A program made the translations under genes and the position numbers. Positions 9,444-20,646 of a DNA stretch of 64,000 nt are shown in pieces. The notes under the pieces are model-generated. The model was given only the letters and a program-made list of their open reading frames with translations. It was not told the DNA's origin and did no database searches. The first letter of the stretch is position 1, and each line of letters begins with the position of its first letter. The stretch comes from Selaginella moellendorffii (lineage: Eukaryota; Plantae; Lycopodiophyta): the NCBI RefSeq assembly GCF_000143415.4, contig NW_003314267.1:1822529-1886528 (forward strand). Direction: 5' to 3'.

Positions 9444-12400
9444 TCAATTGTCTTTTGGGTAGTTGATATGGCAAAAAATTGTATTATATTATAAAATATA
9501 TAAATTACACAAATGTGTTTAATTATAATAGCGATTTTACTCATTGAAATGGCAAAATCATTTAGGGTAATGTTGCTATTTGCAAAAGTAGTGAAAAACC
9601 CTTTGCTCCTGAATTATGTGATAAATTTTTTATCCCACTATGTATACATAGTAAAATCTAAGTCAATGTCATGTTTGTAAATTTTTAATTTCCCATTAGT
9701 TTTATTCAATAGATGGTTTAATACATTTTTGTATACATGAATCAAGGTAAAGTATAAAAATAAAAATTAATTGATTTCATTTGTTACAACATGTAAGATT
9801 TAACTAAATATTATTTGAATGGTAATCCTGTAAAGTTTATTATGTAAAATGGTTTTTTTACTTATTTTATATAGAAATCTTCCATAGCCAAAGATGAAAT
9901 CTACACTCGCACAAAACATCATTTAAAGTAACGGTGTCCTTTATGATTGTAGAATGTCATGGCCCATTTGCAAGAGGATTAAGTAGATCTTTCTCTTTTA
10001 AAGACTAAATCATTTTGGCTCAAAGTTGGATCATTATTAAGATTGTAAAAGGAGAATTAGTCACATATAGATATGATGGCTGTTTCAAATAGTAATTCTA
10101 CTTTAACTGCTTTGTTAGCCATAATAAACATTCTAGAAAGCTATAGTATTGTTAGGCTAGGGATTTATAAAGCCAATTCCCTCAAAGTTCATAACCTCTT
10201 TTTGATCTGTGGCTGCTAAAAAACTAACACATAATTTATTAAGTTTACATGGTATAAGGCACTTAAAAAGAGTAGATCACATATGTGGTATGCCCTACAC
10301 ATGTGCCATTTCTATATAAATATTATAATGCACACAATTATATTTTGATTGGTCAAATGCACATATATTGTAATATGCATTCAACATATTTGTATTATAA
10401 TATTGTGTGCAATTGAAAATAAGAAAAATATATCTACACATATGTAAATAAATATAAACCCATGTGCAATCATATATTCATTTCTATAGAGGGAAATATA
10501 AAATTTTAAAGGAATTATAATAAATAAATAGATAAATAAATAAATAATCTTATTATGTTTAGAAACTGTGAGTGCATGGAATATGGAAAGGGAATACAGA
10601 AATGTGCATATCAATTAGCCCAAAAACCCTAGCTTATATACAGGAGCGAATGGTCCGGATTGAAACCAATTTGACGGCTACCAAAATCCCACTACACTAA
10701 TATTAGTATACGGCATCATAGCCGTACACTTGGCCCTCACATCATCCCCTCCTCTCGGAATAATGAAAGACCATCAGGGTTCTCTTGTAGATGGGCCGGG
10801 ATCTGGAGGAACATCAGGAGGAGGCATCGGTGGATCTGTAGATGGTATTAACCGTTCCTGATCCCTTTGTATGAAGTGTTTTAACTGCTGCACATGCACA
10901 ATCTTTGGAGGATCGGCCTGCTGGATGTCATGCCGAACCTCATAAACTTGTGGTCCAACTTGCCGCAACACCTGATATGGTCCTTTCCACTGTGCAAGGA
11001 GCCCCTTAGATAAACCACATACCGTAAGATGGGGAAAACGGACTAACACCAAATCATCCACTTTGTACTCCGTAGGTGGACGATGATGGGAGTTGTAGCG
11101 CCGTTGTTGTCCCACTTGTATGTGGCCTAACTGTTCGGCAGACTCCACTCGGAAAAGTGGAAGAATGCTTGTCAAATATTGATCCCATAACCTAGCATCC
11201 GCAGCTCGTGGCAATTGCGAAGGTAAACCCAGCTTCGTTGGTAATATTGGATCATGACAATATAAAATTTTATATGGTGAAGCACCAACAGAACTCTGCA
11301 CCCCAGTGACATATGCATACCAAAAAGACGGTAAATAACCATCTCAATCCGAATGCTGAAAGTTCACATACTTTGCAATCATCCCCTTGAACGTCCGAAT
11401 GAGCCGTTCCACCAGACCGTCTGATTGTGGATGATAAGCACTCGTGAAGGTGTGGCAAATCCCCAAAGGAGACGTCAAAACATGAAATGCCTCATCCATA
11501 AATGTGGGACCATTATCTGAAAGAATCCGCTCTGGACAAGAATGCTGAAACACCACTTGATTGAGGAAGAAGTATCCAACAGCAGTTGCAGAGGTGCTAG
11601 CAAGAGAAAATCCACAGATGCTGGAACGACAGGCTCGTCAGAAATATGAGAAGAGAGTGAAAATGGAAGAGGAGCTCGAGAAAGGGCATCAGCATCAGCC
11701 ATAGAACTCCCTGGGCGGTGAACAACATCAAAATCATATATCTGAAGCTTCAAAGCCCACCGAGCAGTACGACCAACTAGGTTCTTCCGCTTTAATAACG
11801 AAGTAACAGCAGCATGGTCACCTTCAAGTAACATCCGAGAACCATGTAGATATGCATGGAGTTTCTCAAAACCCTAGATTGCTGCTAAACACTCTTTCTC
11901 TGTCGTGGAGTAGTTCATCTCCACTGGTTGTAATGTACGGCTTATATATGCAATGGGATGGCACTGACCAGGCACACTCGAGCTCTCTTGCATTAACACA
12001 CCTCCAAGACCAATGTCAAAAGCATCCACGGGCAAAATAAAAGGTCGAGTGTAGTTAGGATATGCCAAAACCGGAGGAGTTGTCAATAACTCTTTGAGAT
12101 CCCCAAATGCCCTCTCACAATCCAGAGACCAAATGAAAGATGACGTTGATGACTTCAACAACGCTCGCAATGATGTAGTGCGATCAGAAAGATGATCCAC
12201 AAAACACCCGAGATACTGCACCTTGCCCAAGAAGCGCTGCACATCATTCACACACTTCGGAGTAGGGAACTTTAGAACAGCCACAAGTTTGTCAGGATCA
12301 ACTTGCAAACCCTCACGAGAAATACGGTACCCAAGATAAGTTGTGTCCTTGGATCCAAACACACACTTCGACCGCTTCAGCTTTAAACTAACGTCGCGTA

Positions 12401-14155
12401 GCCGATCCAACACTTTACAAACATCACGAATGTGCTCCTCCCACGTCCCCTCCAAGTGGATCAAGACATCATCAATGAAGTCAGCAGTCACCTCCGGCAT
12501 ATCGCAAAAAATCTCGTCCATTATCCGTTAAAAAGTTGCTGGAGCATTGTTGAAACCAAATGGCATCACCAAGAACTCATACAAACCAAATGGTGCACGA
12601 AAAGCAGTCTTAGGTATATCTTCTTCGGCCATCGGTACTTGCCAGTACCTAGAAGCAAAATCTAGCTTGGTGAACCAACGACTTCGCCCCAAACGATCTA
12701 AGAGATCAACAGTGTGAGGAAGAGGGTACACATCTGGGATCGTTATGTCGTTTAACGGACAATAGTCGATGCAGAAACGAATACTTCCATCAGGCTTCGT
12801 CACAAGATGAGGTTCACATGCCCAAGGACTCCGTGACTTTCAAATAACACCCTTCTCCAACATCTCCTTGACATTTGCATGTAAAATTTTGATCTCCTTT
12901 GGTGACCGACGACAAACATGAACCTTGATTGGACGAGCATCCCCAGTTGGAATCAGATGACGTGTGGCAATCTTGGCTCCAGACGATAGGTCAAAGTCAA
13001 AGAGATCAGAATACTCCTTCATGAGCCGGTAAATTGCTGCAACACAAAGATCGTCGGAGGGATCGGAAAAGGGAGGAGCAGAACAAGATGGAAACACAGG
13101 AGGAAATAGTGGGGAAACAAAAGTAATGGAAGCAGAGGTAGAAGTAGAGGGACGAAGAAGTACGGAAGTGAGAGGAATGGATGAAACATAAGGAAGTATG
13201 AGACAAGGGGGAGAAGCCTCAAAGTCACACTTGGCATGATTGCGCTGCAACCAATCCATACCAAGAATGAGGTCAAAAACTTGACTCGGCACCACCCGCA
13301 ACGACTGCAACTCAAGCTCGAGATCGCCCACACACACAACCAAGTCTGCACCATCCTGTGCACATGCATGTGTACGGCCATTGCTATAAAGAATGAAAAC
13401 TGGTTCTGCTGCATGACGCAAGTGTAGACGACAACGTGTGGCAATAGGTCAAGCAATAGAAGATAAACTCGAACCTGTATCAACCAACACGGAGAGAATA
13501 ATAGGAGACCTCTTGTTATAAAGACGAGCTTGGAAAGTAAACACTGGATGAACTAGTGCTGAGTGAACCCCTTGATGATACTCCCGAAAGAAAGATGGAG
13601 GGGTCACTGACTTATTCGCGCAAGGTCCCTCCGTTACTCACGTGACTCCTTGTTTCCCAGATGCATCTCGGTGTCCAAACCTTCCATTGCAGTTGTCAGG
13701 AATCCCCCAATTCTTGCCATATTCCTGACTCTCACCTGATTCCTGACCTGCAAACCACATTCCTGACTCTTGAGACACTTCCCTATTCCTGACTCTCTGA
13801 TTTCCTGTACAATTCTTGAGTCTCGAGCCAGATTCCTGATGATGATGTGGCGCCTCCTCGACCTCAGCTATATTTAGGCCGTCCTTGATCTAAGAGTGGT
13901 GGAGCTTCATCAACCTATAGTATATATAGGTTAGCCTTGTTCCATTTCTCCACAATCTGAATCAACACCAGTCTAAGGCCTCTTCTTTGTTATTCACTAG
14001 CTTTTCTCTTTGTCTTTTGCATTTTCTAGTCTTGATCTTGTTGGGGGTCTTGACAGTTTGATTCAGATTGTGGTTTTTCGTTTTTTGCTTTAGCTCGTTT
14101 TGATCGTTTGATTGCCTTTGCCTTTTTTCCCTCTTTTTTTCTTTCTTCTTTTCCA

Positions 14156-15725
14156 ATGGAGTCTCCACGCCATCCTGACTTCTTTGCTGAAGTCCTTGCA
14201 AAAATCCAGTCTGAGAATACCGAGCTGAAAGTGACCCTTCTTCGCATGCAGCAAGAACTTGCTTCACTTTCGGCTCAAGGATCTAGCAAAGTTCCTGAAC
14301 CGAAGGTGAGTTTCCTGTAAGCAACCAAAGGGAACGACTCGAGAGACGATCCATGGGGTTCAAATATAGAGGGAAAGGGCCCATGAATAAGAGTGCACCC
14401 CCTTTTCCAATTGGTTAAGGGTCTTGGGATATTTGGGGTTAAGCGTCCTTGGGTTTGAATAGTACTGGGCTGGGTGACCTCCCGGGAAGTCCAAACTCAG
14501 GAGCTTACATTTGGTATCAGAGAGGTCTCGGGTCCGACTCTGTTGGTTGGCTAAGGGAATCGCACCACATGTTGATTGACATCTGGCTGGTCCAGTTTGC
14601 TCCCACTGGGCTCGACCCGAGGGGTAGGGTGTCAAGAGAGCGGGGCTCTCAGGAGAGCTGCGGCTCTCAGCTTCCGTTCACGAGGGCGTGAACTTGCAGG
14701 GAAGCGTGGTGGATTGTAAGCAACCAAAGGGAACGACTCGAGAGACGATCCATGGGGTTCAAATATAGAGGGAAAGGGCCCATGAATAAGAGTGCACCCC
14801 CTTTTCCAATTGGTTAAGGGTCTTGGGATATTTGGGGTTAAGCGTCCTTGGGTTTGAATAGTACTGGGCTGGGTGACCTCCCGGGAAGTCCAAACTCAGG
14901 AGCTTACATTTCCCAGCGAAATTTTTAGGGAAGCGTTCGGAGCTTCGCGGATTCCTGAACCAAATGGAGCTGATCTTCGCACTTCAACATCAGCGGTACC
15001 CCACTCCCGAGTCTCAAATCGGTGCGATTGGGACGTTGCTCGAAGGTGCAGCTTTGTCATGGTTTTCTCCTCTCCTGGAGAAGAGCATGAAAGGGGTCGT
15101 GGTTCCGGAGCTGATGGATCTTCAATTGTTCAAAGAGAAGCTCGAAGCATGTTTTGGCGAGACGGATCGGGTTTGGGCTGCCACCACAAAGATGAGACGT
15201 CTTTCTCAAGGGTCTCATCCTGCCTCGATCTATGCTGCAGAGTTCCAACTCCTTGCCTTGGACACTCAGTGGGATGAGCGGGCCCTGATTGATCAATTTC
15301 GTTTCGGCCTTAACAACAGTGTCAAGGATTTGTTGCTCACCATGGAGGATCCCACGGACTTGTCGGACGCCATCAACAAAGCTGTTCGATGCGACAATTG
15401 TCTCTTTGAACGTCGTCAGGAAAGTCACCGTGCCGCCGTTTTCCCGTCCCAGACTCAGGAATCCCAACTTGAGTCTTCAGGGCATACTCTTGAACCTACT
15501 GCTCCGGTCCCGATGGATATTTCTGGTACTCCCCGACTCATTAGAGGGAAGTTGAGTCTTGCTAAGAAGCAACGTCGAATATCTCATAATCTTTGCCTCT
15601 ACTGTGCTGATCCTAATCACAAAGCAGTTGTGTGTCCCAAGAAGCCTCCCCGACTGCTCGAGTTCACTCTGCCTCAAAGTCCACCTCTGTTGCAGTCGGG
15701 AAACGACCCTGTCCAAACAGAGTAG
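14156..15725 (+). pseudogene. gag of chromovirus B, interrupted by the Cassandra insertion
   Basis: Removing 14316-14913 restores the frame: ...PEPKVSF-PAKFLGKRSELRGFLNQMELIF...CLYCADPNHKAVVC. Confidence 0.85.
14316..14908 (+). mobile_element. Cassandra-type TRIM with 5S rRNA-derived segment in the LTRs
   Basis: Identical 194-bp LTRs at 14316-14509 and 14715-14908, TSD TTTCC, PBS TGGTATCAGAG (tRNA-iMet), 205-bp non-coding interior. The LTR contains GTTAAGCGTCCTTGGGTTTGAATAGTACTGGGCTGGGTGACCTCCCGGGAAGTCC, similar to the 5S A box/IE/C box region. Confidence 0.93.
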
Positions 15726-15745
15726 GAGCTGTCTGTTTGGACTCC
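15698..15745 (+). promoter_or_regulatory. -1 programmed ribosomal frameshift signal (G GGA AAC plus stem-loop/pseudoknot)
   Basis: Slippery heptamer in the gag frame at 15698-15704, 6-nt spacer, 11-bp stem GTCCAAACAGA/TCTGTTTGGAC; pol is in the -1 frame. Confidence 0.85.
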
Positions 15746-18700
15746 CCGAATAAAAATCACTTCTCTTCTTTATCAAGCTCCTCACCACCTTTCATCAAAG
15801 CCACCACCAATTCCCGCAACTTCCGCATCCCATGTCTCCTTTCTTTCACCGGACAATCAGGACTCAAGGCTCTGGCGCTACTGGACTCGGGTGCAACTTC
15901 CTGCTTCATGGACACGGACTTTGCTGCTCGACATCACGTTCCTCTTTCTCCTACCATACGGGATCTGCGGGTTGAAGGTATTGGCGGGCATTTTGTGTCT
16001 CCCTCTTCTGGACTTAGGGAAACATTGCCCGTTCGAGTACATATCGGCTCCACCGTCACCGATATCGCCTTCAACATCATCAACAGCAAGTCCTCCTCTG
16101 TGGTGCTTGGCCTCCCTTGGTTCCAACTACATCAGCCTCAGATCTGTTGGAAGGAATTAAAGCTTGTCTCTCCCACATCACCATCTTCCATGGCTTCCCT
16201 TGCTGTTCATCGAGTCCGAATCAGGAAAAGTTCCCTAAACTCAAATCGGGGATCTATTCCTGACTCTACGAAGTTTTCACCCTCTTCTTTTTCCTCTCTT
16301 CCATCTTCCACTGGACAATATCCTCATCTCATCATTCCATTTAGTCGTATGCCTTCTCCTATCTCCACAATCACTATGAAAGAACTCCTTCATGAAGAAC
16401 CTCTTTTCCTTTTTGCTTTGCATGTTTCTCCTGTCAGTCTTCCTGAGAAGTATCATGATTTTGGGGATGTGTTTGACAAGAAAAAAGCTAGTGTCTTGCC
16501 TATTCATCGGCCTTATGACTGTCCCATTGATTTACAGGAAGGAGCGTCACCTCCGTGGGGGCCTATCTATGGGTTATCCCTGTCCAAGCTTCAAGCCCTC
16601 AAAGAGTATGTGGATCAGAACCTTGCCTCGGGGTATATTCAGCATTCACAGTCCCCGGCTGGAGCACCTGTATTCTTTGTCAAGAAGAAGGACAGGAGTT
16701 TGTGGCTAGTCATTGACTACCGAGGTTTGAACAAGGTGACTGTTCGGAACCATTATCCGCTGCCCCTGATCTTGGACCTATTGGAACGCCTCGGCGGTGC
16801 CCGCTTCTTCACCAAGATCGACCTCCGTGGAGCATACAACCTGATCCGGATCCGGCCTAGTGATGAATGGAAGATTGCATTCCGAACCCGCTATGGCCAC
16901 TTCGAGTACACTGTCATGCCATTTGGCTTGACAAATGCTCCAGCAGTTTTTCAACTCATGGCAAATGACATCTTTCGGGAGTTTCTTGATCAGATGGTGA
17001 TCGTCTACCTTGATGACATCCTCATCTACTCAAAAACTCAGGAGGAGCACGACGAATATGTACGTAAGGTGTTGGCGAAGTTGCGAGAACACGGCCTATA
17101 CGCGAAGCTTGAGAAATGTTCCTTCGATCAGCAGTCTGTGGAGTTCCTTGGGTACATTGTCACTCCTGAGGGTATCACGATGGATCCTGCCAAAGTCAAG
17201 ACTATTCTCGAATGGGAGCTTCCCCAATCAATGTCGGACGTTCAGGTTTTCCTTGGCTTCGCCAACTTCTATCGCAAATTCATTGATCACTACTCTGACA
17301 TTGTCCTTCCTCTCACGCATCTCACTCACAAGGATGTTCCCTTCCCTTGGTCTGCTGCTGCCCAGCAGGCCTTCGACACACTCAAGGCGGCCTTCAGTTC
17401 TGCTACCGTCTTGATCCACGCTGATCCTTCACAACCTTTCTTCATCGAGGCTGATGCGTCCGACTTTGCCATTGGTGCTATGCTGTCTCAACTCGGAGCG
17501 GATCAAGAACTTCATCCGGTCGCTTTCCATTCTCGGAAATTCCAGCCGGCGGAGATCAATTATGAAATCCACGACAAGGAGCTCCTTGCTATTGTGGATT
17601 CCTTTGGAGAGTGGCGTTGTTTCTTGGAGGGGGCAGGCCATCAAACAATGGTCTGGATGGATCACAAAAATCTCAAGTACTTTGCCACTTCCCGAGTTTT
17701 GAGCCGTCATCAAGCAAGGTGGGCATAATTCCTGAGTCGATTTGACTTTGTTATTAAGTACACACCTGGAAAGCTTCAAGGCCTTCCTGATGCTCTTTCA
17801 AGGCGCTCCTATCTCAGTCTCAGGCCTGGTAATCCTGCCTTCCATCAACAAGATCAAGTTATCCTCGGTCCTGATCGGCTTCAAGTTATGGCAATTTCCC
17901 TGGCCCCTCAGGACTCCTCCTTGATGGATGCGATCAGAAACGATCTTCAATCCGATGATCTCGCCAACGACATTTTCCCCCATCTTCAGGCTGGACACCC
18001 AGTGACTCCCGACTGCCGGCGATTTGACGAGTTCGAGTTCTTAGATGGCTTATTGCACCGTGGGGAGTAGCTTTACATTCCTGAAGGTGATGCTCGAAGG
18101 TTGGTTCTGATGGCGTGCCACGATAGCCCGACTGCTGGTCACTTCGGCATTGCAAAAACCTATGAGCTGGTTGCACGGGATTTTTGGTGGCCTCACATGG
18201 ATGACTACATCAAAGCCTTTGTTACCTCCTGTGACACTTGCGCTCGGAATAAGGTACCTCGCCACCTTCCTTTAGGTTTGCTTCGATCCCTCCCGGTCCC
18301 TTCAGGTCCTTGGGAATCCATCTCCATGGATTTCTTGAGTGATCTTCCCAGTTCTGGAGGCTTCAATAGCATTTTAGTTGTGGTGGATCGCTTCACAAAG
18401 ATGGCGCACTTCCTGCCATGTACCAAGGAGTTTTCGGGCGAGGACATGGCAAAACTGGTATTCAGAGAAATTTTCCGACTTCATGGGATTCCTGCAGATG
18501 TGGTTTCGGATCGGGGACCTTAGTTCATCTCTCATTTCTGGCAACGGTTTTTGCAACTGCTAGGAGTGAAGGCCAACCTCTCCTTAGCGTATCATCCTCA
18601 AACTGATGGACAGTCCGAGCGAATGATTCAGACGTTGGAACAATTCTTGAGGTGCTTCATCAACTATCATCAGGATAACTGATTCGATATCCTTCCCCTT

Positions 18701-19471
18701 GCTGAGTTCTCCTATAACAACTCTATTCACTCCTCTCTTCGAGTTTCCCCCTTCTTTGTGAACTCTGGTCGAAATCCTCGATTTAATCTCTCACTTCCTT
18801 CTCCACCCGACTCCTCTTGTTCAAATCCCCGCTTTGAGGCATTTGTCTCCAATCTCCAGGAACTCCACAACTCCATCTCCTTCCATCTCCATCGTGCTCA
18901 GGAATCTCACAAAACATTTGCCAATATCCATCATCAGGATTGTCCCCCTTACAATATCGGGGATAAAGTCTGGCTCCTCAGGAGAAATATCTCCACCACC
19001 AGACCCTGTCCAAAACTCGATTTCAAACACCTTGGTCCATTCCCTATCACTGCCATCATTAATCCTGTCACTTATCACCTTGCACTTCCTTCCTCATATC
19101 AAATTCACCCCGTTTTTCACTCCTCTCTCCTTGAGCCTTATATTCCTAGTCCTATTCCAAATCGGGTCATTCCTCCGCCTCCACCAGTGCAGCTCGAGGA
19201 TGGGTCTGAGTATGAGGTTCAGGACATCCTTGATTCCAAGATTTCACGGTCTAAACTCTACTATCTGGTCGATTGGAAGGGTTATGGACCTGAGGAATGC
19301 ACTTGGGAACCTGCGGACAACCTGATTCATTCTCCTGACCTTGTTCAGGACTTCCACCGCCGCTATCCTTCTCGTCCCAGTCCCCATTCTTTTTCTCCAT
19401 CTCCCATCCCTCGCCGCTCATCTCATCTTCCTCTTTGTTCACGTTCACGTCCTTGTTCCTCTCGTTCTTGA
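15698..19471 (+). pseudogene. pol of chromovirus B (PR-RT-RH-INT-chromodomain) with premature stops
   Basis: Open to 17728, then in-frame stops at ~17726, 18068, 18521 and 18680. Confidence 0.9.
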
Positions 19472-20646
19472 GGAGGGGGTGCTGTAAGGAATCCCCCAAT
19501 TCTTGCCACATTCCTGACTCTCACCGGATTCCTGACCTGCAAACCACATTCCTGACTCTTGAGACACTTCCCTATTCCTGACTCTTTGATTTCCTGTACG
19601 ATTCTTGAGTCTCGAGCTAGATTCCTGATGATGATGTGGCGCCTCCTCGACCTCAGCTATATTTAGGCCGTCCTCGATCTAAGAGTGGTGGAGCTTCATC
19701 AACCTATAGTATATATAGGTTAGCCTTGTTCCATTTCTCCACAATCTGAATCAACACCAGTCTAAGGCCTCTTCTTTGTTATTCACTAGCTTTTCTCTTT
19801 GTCTTTTGCATTTTCTAGTCTTGATCTTGTTGGGGGTCTTGACAGCAGTAGCACCAATGGGACATTGCTGACGCCAAGGTCTCCACCTAGGAAATGGAGG
19901 TCACCAATCCGGAAAACGCCGACAACGCTAATAAGTATGACCAACTTCATCACATGCCCAACAGCGAACATCACGGCCACGACCACGTCCTCGCCCTTGA
20001 CCTTGGACTCGAGCAGCAGCAGCATCAACCTCCATTGGAACAGGACCATCACCCACAGGAAGTGGAGCTGAAGGACGTGCAGTGAGAAGTGGAAGAGGCG
20101 ACGTCTCATAACGTTGTGCCAAGCGAAGAGCATCGTCAAGGGTGGCGGGAGCAAGTGCATGCATAAGGCCGACAAGATCTTGACGAAGTGCTGGCCACAA
20201 CATTCCTAGCTTGATCCGCTCCGACATATTTGGTTCTGCACGAAGCAAAATACTTCGGAAACAAACACCAAATTGCATCACTGACTTAGATGGCCCTTGG
20301 CGAAGACGATGCAATTGTTGGAAAGCATCATCACAGTCATTGGCATGTTCGAAGGCACGTTTGAAGACATCTGGAAGAACACTCCAATCCTCGCGAGTGG
20401 CTGCTCCCAAACCGTTGTACCAACAAAAAAAAAAAAAAAAAAAAAAAATGATTGGCGTGTTAGGGCGTGGAGGAGCACAACGTCCAGCACCATGGCTGCC
20501 GTGATCGGAGGCGCGGCCAGAGGAGGGAGAGCGCAAAGGGGAGAGCGCCCAATCTCCCCGCACTTGCTACCGACGGCGGGGGCATCCGCCGCGAGATCCA
20601 GGGAAGAATCACTCCAGAATCTCTCTGTTTTTTCTTTTACACTGCT

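Larger units (their letters stand above)
13694..19844 (+). mobile_element. Chromovirus (Tcn1/Tf1-sushi-like gypsy) B nested in A
   Basis: 362-bp LTRs at 13694-14055 and 19483-19844 (about 7 differences), TSD GCAGT, PPT GAGGAGGGGG at ~19470. Gag with CCHC, protease LLDSGA, RT YLDD, RNase H, integrase and C-terminal chromodomain (YEVQDILDS..YLVDWKGY..TWEP). Confidence 0.95.

Noticed and set aside
14440-14495. 5S rRNA gene
   Set aside because: Only the internal promoter portion, embedded in both LTRs of a TRIM; not a full 120-nt gene.
19928-20563. ORF with a poly-Phe run
   Set aside because: Chimeric reading of element A gag through the LINE's A24 tract.
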